Of a DNA stretch of 64,000 nucleotides, positions 13,905-25,608 are shown piece by piece. Positions within the stretch are counted from its first letter, which is position 1; every line of letters starts with the position of its first letter. The stretch lies in assembly GCA_028534125.1 (NCBI GenBank), contig CM052818.1, forward strand, positions 8,682,001-8,746,000. The letters run 5' to 3'. Below the pieces are notes generated by a model. That model worked only from the letters and a program-made list of their open reading frames with translations, was not told the origin of the DNA and searched no databases. The position numbers were made by a program, and so were the translations under genes. This stretch comes from Lama glama (taxonomy: Eukaryota).

Positions 13905-14770
13905 GATATACACCTTACACATGTCAGAATGGCTATTCTCAAAAAGACAAGCAATAACAAATGTTGGTAAGGATGTGAAGAAAAGGGAACACTCGTACAC
14001 TGTTGGTGGGAATGTAAATTGGTGTGCCCACTATGGAAAACAGTATGGAGGTGACTCAAAAAAATTAAAAATAGAACTAGCATATGATCCAGCAATTCCA
14101 CTTCTATATATTTATCCAAAGAAAAAGAAAACACTAATTTAAAAAGATAAATGCACTCCCATGTTCACTGCAGCATTTTTACAATAGCCAAGATGTTGAA
14201 ACAACCTAAGTGTCCATCAATGGATAAGAAGATGCATATACAACAGAATATCAGTTAGTCATAAAAAAAGAACAAAATCTTACCATTTGTAATACAAGGA
14301 TGGAACTGTAGTGCATTATGCTAAGTGAAGTAAGTCAGACAGAAAAAGGTAAATACCGTATGATCTTACTTATATATGAAATCTAAACAAACAAACAAAC
14401 AAAAAACAGAACAACAAGCTCATGGATATAAAGTAGATTGGTGTTTGCCTGACGTAAGGGGTAGGGGTAGGTGAAATGGGTGAAGGGGGTCAAAATGTAC
14501 AAATTTCCAGCTATAAAATGAATAAGTCATGGGGATGTAATGTACAGCATGGTGGCTATAGTTAACAAAACTCCATTGCATTTTTGAAAATTGCTAAGAG
14601 AATAAATCTTTAAGCTCTCATTATGAGAAAAAGATTTTGTAACCATGTGATGTATATTAACTGGACTTATTGTGATAATCATTTTGCAATATATACAAAT
14701 ATTGAATCATTATATTATATACCTGAAACAAATATAACATTACATGTCAATTATACCTCAATTTTTTAAA
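13905..14770 (+). mobile_element. L1MA-like 3' fragment inserted in the older L1
   Basis: ORF2 end (gtcagaatggctattctcaaaaagacaagc...gatccagcaattccacttct) and an L1MA-type 3' UTR (aataagtcatggggatgtaatgtacagcatgg...gtcaattatacctcaa). Confidence 0.85.
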
Positions 14771-17700
14771 AGAATATAATAATAAGAGGAAATTACAGAC
14801 AACTGCATGCCAATGAAATGGATAAATTCCTAGAAATGTACAACTTACCAGAGTGCGGAAAAAAGGAAATAGAAAACATAAGTAGTTCCGTCTATTCAAA
14901 AAAACCTCATAATTTTAAATCTTCCCACAAAGAAAATTTCAGTCAGAGACGGCTTCTTTGGTGAATTCTTTCAAACACAATAGGAAAAACATAAATCTTA
15001 CACGAAATCTTCCAGAAAACAGAAAAAGAGAGAATATTTCCAACTATTTTATGAGGTCAGTGTAACTGTGATATTAAAAGCTGGCAAGAACATCACAAGA
15101 AAGGAAAATTACAAGGTTAATCCCTCTTAGGAACATAGATGTGAAAGTCCTAGATAAAATATTAGCCAGTCAATCCAGCAGCACTCTGTAATAGCCCCAG
15201 ACTGGAAAAACAAAAACAGAAACAACCAATGTCCACAAACAATCAGATGCATAAAATTCATGGTATATTCAAACAGCAAAATATTATGCAGCAATGAAAA
15301 TGGATGGCTTCCATTTCCTTCTATACAGAGCAACATAGATCTCACAAATGTGTTGTTGAGTGAAAGAAGCAAACATAAAAGGTATATAATGTAGGTCTTC
15401 ATTTCTATAAAATATAATCTGACAAAATTAACCTACCCATATAGAAATAAAGAGAGTAGTGACTTTAGTGGGGAGGGGGTGCTGACTGAAAGGGGACACA
15501 TGGGGGTATTTCTCAGTGTTGGTAGTGTTCCATTTCCTGATCTGGTGCTGTTTGCACAGGTGGGTCCACTTTATCAAAATTCATGGAGATCAACATTTGA
15601 TTTGTGGATTTTTTTGTGTGCGTGTTATCCTTCAGTTAAGAAAAAAATAAAACCACTGTAGTTCTTTACTTGAATTGATATCAGTCTCACCAGCCTGTTA
15701 TTCAGAATCGATCATCCCACTCCCCTGTGAAAAGTAAAACTCCATTTGTCTTTGAAACTACTTCCTCGAGGACTCATAATTCCTTGAGTTATAAATATGA
15801 AATAGCTTTATTTTTCTAACCATACTCCCTGCCACTCATTGTGCTCTGCCCCTGCCATTTTCTTGCTGGCTGTCAACTCTCTCCATCACACTTTGGCTAG
15901 ATTCCATTTATCAGCCTCTTCAAGTAATTAGGACCATTTCATTCTAGCAAGTAAGGTTCAATTCCGTTCATTTTCTATTAAGCTTCAAATTGAATTAAAA
16001 CTATTTTCCCTCCCTTCCCTCCAGAGAATGGCAGACAAGTCTGCTGTTAGTGGCTTGGCGTATATGTAAGGGGAGCGGTGGGGGGAGGATTCGGGGGTGG
16101 GAGTGCTGTACTCTTTACACCTTCCTTCTCCTTCTTTCAGGTGCTTTGCTTCTACTGTTAGGACAAGAGGAGAAATGGGGAAGTAGCTATCTTAGGTGAC
16201 TCTCCAGTAAGGCAATTCCCTCTCTTTAGGATGCTGCTGCTTCTCTCATTAATCCTGTCAGATTTCCAATGGTCTCTATACTGGAGAGAATCCAAGTTCT
16301 GGCTCCCTCACTGATGATGGTCCTTGGAGTGCCTCCCTGCTGCCTAAGAAGACATATCTTGCACCTCCTTGACCCCTTCCACGAGGAGTCCAATGAGCAG
16401 CCTCTCTTGGAGGGAACAATGTGCGCCACTGTGGTATCCCTTCTCTCATCGAGGCCATCTCTCTTCTGCACCCTCTCCTCGTCCTAGACCACCAAGCACT
16501 CTGCTGGGCCAGGAGAGATCAGAGCTGAGACAATCACCAGTCTCCAGCCGACCTAACAGAGTGGGTAGGTTGGGCATCTCTAAACTTTATAAGCAACTCT
16601 CCTGAATGCTCTTCTCTAGACTTGAGAGGAAGAAGTAGCTCCATCTCCTTTATCATAGAGAATGAGGTGAAGGCAGGGAATAGGGTATCCTTATGAATAT
16701 TTTACTCCACAAAAGTTAACCTCCTCCCTATTCACCCTTTCCTTATACTTCTGGCAGTAGGGATGGGGTGGTTTGGGGAATGTTTGGTGTTAGGGCTGTC
16801 TGCCTGAATATACATTTCTCAGTAGGCTGGCCTAACCATAGGCGGTCCCTGAACTCAGACTGTGTGAACTTACCACCCTCTGTGCACAGCTTTGGAACTT
16901 AGCCAGGGCCCAGGGAACAACCCTGTTCACATCCTATTACACTTGTCTCCAACCACCTGGAACCTCTGTTAATCTTCACAGCATGTGTCTAAAAAAAAGG
17001 AAAGAAAGAAGAACAATTCTGTGTTAACTAAAAATACAGTAGGGAAGGGAATGTGATATAGGAATAATTGCAATGATTTCCTATTTTGCAAAGCAAATTT
17101 ACCTTCAAGAAAATTTGGAGGGTTGTGTTATTCATTGATATAAACATAATAAATCATTCAAATATGTTTGAACTTTTTACCTATATGTACACCCTTCATT
17201 TTAATACTAAATTGCCCATTTATAAGATTTCTACTCTTACAACCTTGATGTGATTGGGGATCAAAACTGAACATGACTAAGCAATGTATAGTGTTACTGA
17301 AGACAAATTGTACTATTTGTTAAAAGCACAGAACCACAATTTAAAACAAGCCAGAGGGAGTAAGATGTATTAATATTTGGGAAGGGAGCAATATTTTATT
17401 ATAGTCAATAAAAGATAAGGATTAATTTCCTTTCAGAAAGGGGAACATAATGTACACATTACGCAGCTTAATAGAAAACATATTATTTGCACAGTAATAC
17501 TATCACACTAAAAATGGAACTTATTATTTATTCAGTAAAATGGCCACTTGCTTCTAATCAGTATCACAATTCACTTGACAGATCTGAGGTTTCCTTAAAG
17601 GTTTTGCTTTACTGATCTTCCCTGTTTGTCATTCCCATTTCCCACGTAGTTGGACGCCCAGAGCAGTGCTAGCTGTAGCATATAAAGAGTGTGGTGATCT

Positions 17701-18210
17701 AATACAAAGAAACACCACAGAAACAAAAAACTATGATATAAACAGCACTTTAAAGGGAAAAGCACTTTCTAGTAAAAATGCTCAATGAGGATGTCTTTGA
17801 AGACAGAATATTAACGTTACTCTTGAAATATCATTTAATATAGTAAGCACAATTCCTTTCATGAGATTGGACTTTCTGTGTAATTCGCAGCCCAATTCTT
17901 TCTTATAAACCTTTGAAAAGTACTGTGAATAGAATATCTTGTACTTGGGATTCAGAAAGCTTTTGATTATCCACTGACAACTTGAGGATGGTAAGATTAC
18001 ACTTCAGGTAGTTTAGAACAGGACTTTAAATTCTGCATGCCAATGTGGAATCATATCTGAAGATACTGTACCCACATATATAACTAATCTTTTAAATTTC
18101 TCTTCATTCTTATAAATGTCTCACAGCTCATTTTAAGGCAATAAATGGAATAACATGTTTACTTTAAAATATTTTTTCTAAACTCTTTATTAGTATCAAG
18201 TGGAAAGAAT

Positions 18211-18343
18211 GTTTTCTTTTTTGGCGGGGGTAGGTAATTAGGTTTATTATTATTTTTTTTTTTTAGAGAAGGTACCAGAGATTGAACCCAGGACCCTGTG
18301 CCTGCTAAGCATGTGCTTTACCTCTTGAGCTATACTCTCCCCA
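18211..18343 (-). mobile_element. tRNA-Ala-derived SINE (Vic-1-like)
   Basis: Reverse complement of the same head (gattgaacccaggaccctgtgcctgctaagcatgtg...gagctatactctcccc) and tail (ggtaattaggttt). Confidence 0.88.
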
Positions 18344-19510
18344 CCAAGAATTTATATCTTTATTATGCCAAGGGATAATTTAAATAACTCCCCAAATCAG
18401 TCTCTTGTCACAAAGAAGAATATGTTATTACCAGATAACACTGCCTCTTGTCAAAGAGAAACAAACTGTTGCAGGAGGCTCAAAATTTTTGTGAAAATAA
18501 ATATTTAAGAAAGAAAATGATAAATGCAATTAAACCCCAATGAAATACATTAAACAATTACTAGAGAAGCAATTATTACTCTGACCATCAACACTGTTGT
18601 AAGAAGTCAACAGTTTAACTTTACAGGGTTATTTATTAATCTTCCTGGGAATGAGTCCCACAATTTTAAGAACGGAGACTCCATACTTCTCTACTTTTGA
18701 TCCTGGGTAATAGGTCTAGATATGGGAAACCCAAATTATATTAGTCTCCTGATTTCACAAAAGTGGATTCTCTTCTCTGTTCTGCAGTATTTTACCAACG
18801 TGACTCCCCATAATATTGTGAGCATCAACTAACACAGTAAATTTTGGAATGTTTTTTGAGCCCTTTGGACCACTTGTGACATCAACAATGGCAGGATTCT
18901 TTCCAAACCACAAACTTTTCTTCTCAAAACTCTTCTGTAATATGTTTTTGTACCATCATTGCCTCTTCCCCTCTATTTCTAATAAGATTTGTTTCAAACC
19001 ATGAAATGCATGCTTATTGCAGGAAATTTGAATGCTAAAAAAAATTAAAAGGAAAACACCCAGAATTCTATCAATTTTTCCTCCAGTATTTTGATGAAAT
19101 AATTGCAGCCTGAACAAGATGTGTCACATCTTTGTTCCATGCTGTGAAAAATATCTTTAAAAGAATTCGCTCAGGTTTTTGACGAATTTGGTTAATATGC
19201 ATGGACCGTTTTACGGTTAATAGCATCCACTGCCTTTACCAGGAACGCAATAGAGGTACTGCATCACAGGTACAGCTGAATCCAGAAAATTAAACACTAG
19301 CATGATTTCACTCCACTGTAAGTATTTCTTCTTCCTACATATTTTAATAGATGTGTTGATGATAGCTACCACTTATAGAAAGCCTTGTTTAATTATATAA
19401 TCTTCACATCAACCATAACAGTAAGTTAGCACTGTTCCCACTTTACAAAACAAAAAGTCAGATAGCAATTGCACAGCTCTTAGGCGGTAAAGTGATGATT
19501 TTTAAAAAAC

Positions 19511-19601
19511 TTTTTGTTTTTATTGGACATACTGGGAATTGAACCTAGGACCTCTTACAAGCTAAGCATTCACTCTACCACTGAGCTATACCTACCCCTC
19601 C
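19511..19601 (-). mobile_element. tRNA-Ala-derived SINE (short form) inside a MIR
   Basis: actgggaattgaacctaggacctc...gctaagcattcactctaccactgagctatacc, with MIR-like sequence on both sides (about 19380-19650). Confidence 0.85.
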
Positions 19602-20154
19602 AGATTTGAGGGGATTTGAACCTTGCTGTCTCTGCTTCCAAATGCATCCTTTCCATTACAGCCCAATATCTCACCATGAGTATCATAATCTGCATAGCAA
19701 GGCCCTGTGGTTGGACACTTCAAATGCTCCCCTACCTTTATTATCTTTTTAACAAACATCAGTAACGTTAGAAGTAATATCCTAGTGTACAAAACTTTAT
19801 TTGTTTTTATGATTATTTCCCCCAAATAGAGCCAAAAAGTTGAATTAGTGCATTAAAGGCAGGAATATATTAAGGCAATTTGAATATATTATTGATAGCT
19901 TTCCTCAGTAAGACTGCTCAAATTATAATCCAACCAGCAGAGCAGGAGGCTCCCTGCCCCACTGTGCCCTTTATAAAAATCTTGATTAATTCAATAGACG
20001 AAAATTTATTCTTTGTTGCTAAGCTTAAAATTGTTTTGGTTGCTACAATTCACTGTGTTTTGATAAATCAATTCTCCATTTTATAGAGTGACACTTATAT
20101 GAAGATTGGCTAAGCCCTTGAACTAGAAATGGGACGATAAAGGAATGGTCTTTA

Positions 20155-20450
20155 GATTTTTTCATTCCCTTCATTCATTCAATAGTCATCGAGTTCTGAT
20201 TCTAGGTCAGGCATTGTGCTAGTGTTTCGAATATAAAGATGAAAGTCCATCCCTGACCTCAAAGAGCTTGTGAACTAGCAAGAGAAACAGATATAAATCG
20301 ACAATTATAGTACAGCATGACTAGCACTGTGACCAAAGGAACAAAGAGGAAGATGCTTTGAGAAACACAGTGGAGGGCACTTAAGCCAGCTTCAGGGAGG
20401 TCCTGAAAAACTTTTTGGAGATGCTGAGGCCTGAGCTCCACCTTGAAGAG
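20155..20450 (-). mobile_element. L2 3' end
   Basis: ttcattcattcaatagtcatcgag...gtcaggcattgtgctag...ccctgacctcaaagagctt. Confidence 0.7.
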
Positions 20451-20754
20451 AAGCAGAAGTTAGCCAGCTTTTTCCTGACATCCCCAACCAGAATTAACTG
20501 CTCCCTCATCGATGTTCCTTTACTAAAATGTACTGTACTTGTTTGTTTCCATGTCTCTCACTTGGCTGACCTTCTTGATGTGGAGGAACTATATCCCTAA
20601 TTAGCCTAGGACAATGCCCCACAAGGAGGAGGAATGCAATAAATATTTGTTGAATTATTTTGAAATTCTACCCTTGTAGCTATTTCCTCCCATATCATCC
20701 TCTTGACATTTATATAAATATGTGTGGTTTTCCTTTATAATACAAAAATAATGT

Positions 20755-21410
20755 TGTTCACCACATACCCATCAGAATGGCTAAAAGAAAAGTATGGAAA
20801 ATAACAAGTATGGGTGATGGATTTGCAGCAAATAAAATGCTCATGCATGACTAGAGGCAGTAGAAATCAGTACAACCACTTTGGAAAACTGTTGGCAGTA
20901 TCTATTAAAGCTGAGTCATACCTCATAAGCCAGCAATTTCATTCCTAGGAACAAGTCCAACACAAATGCATGCATATGTTCACCAAAAGGCATGTTTTCA
21001 CCAAAAGCAGCACTATCATAACTGCTCCAAATCAGAATTACACAGCTGCTCAACAGTAGAATGGATAAACTTATGTTACACCTTGAGGTTACACCTCAAG
21101 GAAAAAGAATCTACACTCAACAATATGAAGGAATTTCATAAAAATAATTTTGAGGGCAGAGGTAGCTTTTTTTTAAAGTACATAATGTAAGATTACTTTT
21201 GTATAAAGAATAAAAATAGGCAAAACTATTCCATGCTATTGAAAATCAGGAAAGGTCAGTTAGAAGTAGAGGGTTAGTGAGTACATGGGAACAGAAGGGC
21301 GAGCTTCTGGGGACGCTGGTAAGGCTGTTTCTTGATCTGGGTGCTGGTTACAAATGTATATTCAGTTTGTGCCCTTCCTATATGTATATTATACCTAAAC
21401 AGATTTTTTA
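20755..21410 (+). mobile_element. Old L1M (L1MC/ME-like) 3' fragment
   Basis: atcagaatggctaaa, caaccactttggaaaactgttggcagtatct, cagcaatttcattcctagga and cttgatctgggtgctggttaca. Confidence 0.75.
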
Positions 21411-21724
21411 AATAATATATCTTATTTGCGAGAAAGCTGGAAAATTTACAAAAGTTTTAAAAATTTTAAATCACCACAGCCTACTATCTAGAAATAACTA
21501 CTATTAATATTTTGGATTATTTTCCTTCTAGTCTTTTTTTGAAGCCACAGTACTTGTGCCATCTCCTCCCTCTCTCCTTCCCACATGTTTACACACACAT
21601 TTTACTAGATTAGGTTTATTCTTATTTAGTTTTACTTCAGATTTTTTTTTATTTTTACTTAAAGTTAATCCATATCATCAAATATTCGTTGCATGTTTTG
21701 AAATTGCTGCAATGTATTCCATCA

Positions 21725-21885
21725 AATATATATGTATATATGTGTATATATTTCTAATATATATAATATACCCCTATAAGAAAGTATATGTGTATACGTA
21801 TATATGGTATGTATATATACAATACTCCTAATATATAATAATACATATTTCCAGAAGAGAGTACATGTACTCACACATACACGCA
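21725..21885. repeat. Low-complexity (TA/TG/CA) tract
   Basis: Directly visible tatatgtatatatgtg-type repeats. Confidence 0.8.
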
Positions 21886-22196
21886 TGAACTACGGGGTCA
21901 TGAGTATTCTCTAAGCTCTGCATTCGTTCTATATTTCCTTCCAGAAAGGTCGTATCCCACTGGCAAGGTGTCAGAGCTCCCTGTATCATAGTCCAACCCC
22001 AGGTTACTTATCACTATATTCGTTTTTTAAATGGTAGAATTTAAAGCAGGACTAAGGAATCTGCGGTTTTCCACCCGACTGAAGTACTAGGCAGGAGCCG
22101 GCCCCGCGCACACCGCTGGCTTCCGCGGGCGCCCGGCGCCTCAGCCCGGCAGTGCGGCCGCGCGTGCGCCCGGCCCCTCGCGCCTCGCGCCGCCCG

Positions 22197-22210
22197 GTCG
22201 CCGTGGGAAC
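22197..22210 (+). promoter_or_regulatory. RFX X-box-like motif GTCGCCGTGGGAAC
   Basis: Matches GTYNCC-(AT)-GGNAAC with GT as the central spacer, and lies just upstream of the ATG of a ciliary gene. Confidence 0.65.
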
Positions 22211-22265
22211 CGGAAAGCGCCGCGGCGCCGGGAGATCCAGCAGCGAGCTCTACCGAGGCCCGAGG

Positions 22266-22365
22266 ATGGAGCTGCCGGGTCCGGTCCGCCAGCGGCTGGG
22301 AAACTTCAGCCGGACCATGTTCAGCGACTCCAACCGGACCGGGCCGGAGTATAGCGAGGGTCCGG
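22266..22365 (+). CDS. TMEM17: TMEM17 coding exon 1 (MELPGPVRQRLGNFSRTMFSDSNRTGPEYSEGP)
   Basis: Strong Kozak aggATGg, recognisable TMEM17 N-terminus, donor G|gtgagt, 100 nt. Confidence 0.95.
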
Positions 22366-23393
22366 GTGAGTGGCCGAGGCCCAGCGCAGGGCGTGTGGCC
22401 CGCCAAGGACCTGGCGCGGGTTTTGAAGCGGCCGGACTTTGCCCAGACCTAAAATGGCAGTTTCGCCTTCAGCAGGCTCTCCGCGGTGCGGACTGCGCCT
22501 TGGAGGAGGGGCCGGGCCGAGGGCTGGGGCTGGGACTGGGAGCAGATACCCAGCCGTCCTGGGCTGATCGTGCTGCGGCCTGTCCGGTGAATTGCAAGCG
22601 GGGCGGCCGAAGTGGCGCCAGCCTTCCTCAAAAAAGAAAAATAAAGAAGCCGCTTTCGCAGCACATGACCGATCCTGCGGCCTCCGAGAGGGCTGAGGAT
22701 GCCGAATGCTTTTCGTCCGCGGCGTCCGCCCTGGCTTTTCTGGCGAGGATGGAGTGAAAACAGCCCGGGCAATCTCCCCTTCCCACTTTCCCCTTCCACC
22801 CGCCCCCACCCCCGTAAGATATCTTTTCCTTTTCTCCTTTCCCAGCAGAACCAGTACGTTCCACCACAAGCCTATTTTCTGGCTGAAGACATGGAAAGAC
22901 TTTTTTTTTTTAACGAGTTATTTTCAACACTCCAGAGTGGCAGCTGCCTTCAACAAAACTCGCCCTCTCCCTGCCTTCTCCTCCCCCTCCCCTGTATATA
23001 ACGCTTGCCCTAAATCAAGTAACAAAATACCACGATGCTACATTCAGCATGGCAAGTGACAACGCAGTTTCCTCCAAAACAGTTTCCCCCTCTTAAATCA
23101 TGATGATAGACAACATACTGTCAACTAAGCCTGTAAGGTTTTTATCACTGAACTATGCCGAGAAGTAGAAATCTTTTCCTGTTGCCTGGTTTAGGGATTT
23201 TGTTTTTAAAGGGGACAGACAAAAGTCAGTTCCCATGGTTTCATTTTTTCACCAATCACTTGCCTATCCCTCCAAGTTAGGCCTCTTCATGATTTAGGAT
23301 GTACAGAAAAAAACAATTGGAAAATCAGGGTTTTACGTTTCTGATTCTAAAGCTAAGGCCTAATGGGAACTAAAATCTGTTGATATAAACTAT

Positions 23394-23679
23394 CAGGGGA
23401 TTTCTGTAAAGGACCAAGTAGTAAATACTTAAAAATTTTGCAGGCCATAGGTCTCTGTGGAAGCCATAGATAATGGTAATTGAATAGACATGGAAGTGTT
23501 CCAGTAAAACTTTATTTATGGACACTAAAATTTGAATTTCATACGATTTTCAGTGTCACAAAATATTATTATTCTTTGATTTTTTTTTCCTTCCCCAACC
23601 ATTTAAAAGTGTGAAAACCCATTTTTAGCTCACTTGCTATACAAAAACAGGCAGCTGGCTGGTAGTTTGCCTACCCCTG
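23394..23679. mobile_element. hAT-Charlie MER58(B)-like element in intron 1
   Basis: cagggg...cccctg termini with tttctgtaaaggaccaagtagtaaata and gttccagtaaaactttatttatggacact. Confidence 0.75.
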
Positions 23680-24321
23680 ATTTATATAATGTTTTAATTT
23701 AAATTCCATTTACAGAACTCAGCTTGTACTTTTGCAGAATTTAGTAAAATCATGTCTTGTGCTTTCAAGGTTCATTTACATATTTACTTGATTTTTCAAC
23801 TGCATGATTATAAGTTTGATCTGCTGAAATACAGACATATAGCATAACTCAAGATGCTTGTGTACAAAATTTCTAACATAAAAACTTCGCAAAATTTGAC
23901 GACAGTTTTTATGTGAGATTAATTTACATGTGAGAGATTAGTTTTTATGTATCTTAAGTGTCCATTTCATAAACTCTTTACACAGAACTCTACAAAGGAG
24001 GTAGTGATTATTGTTACCTGTTAAATAGATTTATGTTGATAGTCCACGTTTAACTTAGACCTGTAGTATGCAGAAAAGTCAGCTGACTATAGTGGAAAAA
24101 TGATAGAGTAATTTAAAACTGTGAAATGTACCCCCAAGTAGCCAGTAGAGGAACTAAACAGTATTATAATGACTATTTCTTTTCACTGTCAATGATTGTA
24201 AATAGGCTTAAAACTCAAAGTTTTGTTGAGCTGATACTATAGTTATTAATACTAAGGAACTAAAGGGCTTGAGGGCACAGGCCAGGATTAAGAGTTTGTT
24301 CCTTTTCTATGTCTTCTGTAG

Positions 24322-24425
24322 ATAATGAAATGGTTTCCAGTTTGGCATTGCAGATGTCACTTTATTTTAACGCTTACTTTTTCCCACTTTGGTGGGTGAG
24401 CAGCATCACGATGCTTCAGGTGAAG
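24322..24425 (+). CDS. TMEM17: TMEM17 coding exon 2 (DNEMVSSLALQMSLYFNAYFFPLWWVSSITMLQVK)
   Basis: Acceptor tctgtag|AT, donor AAG|gtaaat, 104 nt, phase-compatible with exon 1. Confidence 0.95.
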
Positions 24426-24577
24426 GTAAATCCATGTTTCACTACTGCCACGGTCTCTTCTGCCATCCCTGGAGTTGTTACATTGTCAATAAAATTAAAT
24501 TCATATATTTTTTTAAATCTCAGGTCAGTTTTACACTATGTAATATTTTACAAACATGTTTATTTTTGTGTTTTCAG

Positions 24578-24691
24578 TATTCAGTCTTGCCTGATTACTA
24601 CAAATTCATTGTGGTCACTGTCATCATCCTAGTCACCTTAATTGAAGCCATAAGGTTGTACCTGGGCTACATGGGGAATCTGCAGGAGAAG
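24578..24691 (+). CDS. TMEM17: TMEM17 coding exon 3 (YSVLPDYYKFIVVTVIILVTLIEAIRLYLGYMGNLQEK)
   Basis: Acceptor ttttcag|TAT, donor AAG|gtaggc, 114 nt. Contains the E..RLYLG..GNL.EK motif of the TMEM17/TMEM216 family. Confidence 0.96.
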
Positions 24692-25608
24692 GTAGGCTCT
24701 TCTTGGCTTGTCTCTTACTGCATATGGATGCAGTAGGGCTTTCCTAACAAGGAAAAGGCAGTGGGGGGCGGTGGAGAGAGCAAAGGCCTGGCTTCCACCT
24801 TTACCACGGCTATCACTGCTGAATCTCTTGAGCCTTGGTTTCTTCGTACAGAAAGTGGGAGAAATATTTACTTCACAGGTTTTTACGATTAAATTAAATA
24901 ATTTATATGAAGGACCTGAACGTAGTAAACACTTCAGAGTTGATAGTTTTCCCTCTTCCAGTCTTGAAAATACTTGGTCAATTAAACATGTTTATTTGGA
25001 TTCTGAATAAGAAAATGGAGGAAAATTACAAACTCATTTCCTATGCCAGGCACATGTTTTCTGAATCATCATGCTGCCTAAGCAGTTACAGTTAGCAGCG
25101 CTGAGGGATGCTGCCTAAGGATTTCCGTGGTCTCCCAGCCCCTTCATAATTAGCCCCCTCCCCGCCTGGCTGACTGTATTTCTTGCTTTTTCCTAACCCA
25201 GCATCCACTCCAGGCTGATGTGTCAGTTCCCAGTCGTATTCATTCCATATCTTTGCTGACCTGACTTCTTGCCTCTTCCTTCCTTATACTCAACTTTAAA
25301 AGCCTCTGTCCTTGAATTTTTTTTTTAACCTACCCTCCTTACTCTCTTACTTCTTGTAGCATTTAGCCTGTAACTCTAAGTGGAACCCTTAATTATTCAC
25401 TGAAGTGTAGTATTCCAGGACTGTCACATAAGTTAGTTTTCTCTTCCAGTGTAGACTGTAAGTTCTCCCAGGACAAGGACCATGTTACACTTTTTTTAAA
25501 CTACAGAGCTCAAAATGTAGGTTCACAGCAGTGCTAAGTACTTGCATATCAATATAAACAAAAGGCCGTGCTTCACAGATCTGATGCTCGTCATGTGTGT
25601 CATTGCAG

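Larger units (their letters stand above)
10150..15650 (+). mobile_element. Old L1M element (ORF1, endonuclease/ORF2 pieces and a 3' end) hosting several younger insertions
   Basis: ORF1-like segment 11300-11600 (acatatcatagtcaaacactgaaaaccaaagac, aacctagaattctacacccagtgaaa). Endonuclease-like segments at 12270-12520 and 13224-13600, ORF2 pieces at 14780-15170, and an L1M-type 3' end at 15180-15650. Confidence 0.75.
22090..22760. promoter_or_regulatory. TMEM17: CpG island / TMEM17 promoter and first exon
   Basis: Abrupt GC- and CpG-rich block in AT-rich surroundings, spanning the start codon. Confidence 0.9.

Noticed and set aside
16000..16945. GC-richer block with short overlapping ORFs (16226-16605)
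   Set aside because: No recognisable protein. It may be an old LTR, but I cannot assign a family.
17778..19317. Apparent + strand exon chain (17891-17990, 18435-18474, 18627-18706, 18788-18936, 19087-19317) with partly compatible phases, suggesting a unitary pseudogene
   Set aside because: Nearly every putative exon has in-frame stops, one donor is non-canonical, and I recognise no protein. AG/GT sites arise easily in AT-rich DNA, and a minus-strand RT relic explains part of the region better.
21081..21101. Perfect 9-bp hairpin ccttgaggt-tac-acctcaagg with a short direct repeat
   Set aside because: It is tiny and lies inside an old L1, so it is most likely a local replication or repair footprint.
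22152..22869. Long ORFs (201 aa on +, 182 aa on -) over the CpG island
   Set aside because: Stop-codon depletion in GC-rich DNA. Only 22266-22365 is the real TMEM17 exon.
24505..24529. AG|GT motif (tttaaatctcag|gtcagt) in TMEM17 intron 2 resembling a recursive splice site
   Set aside because: The intron is only 152 nt, so the resulting sub-introns would be implausibly short.
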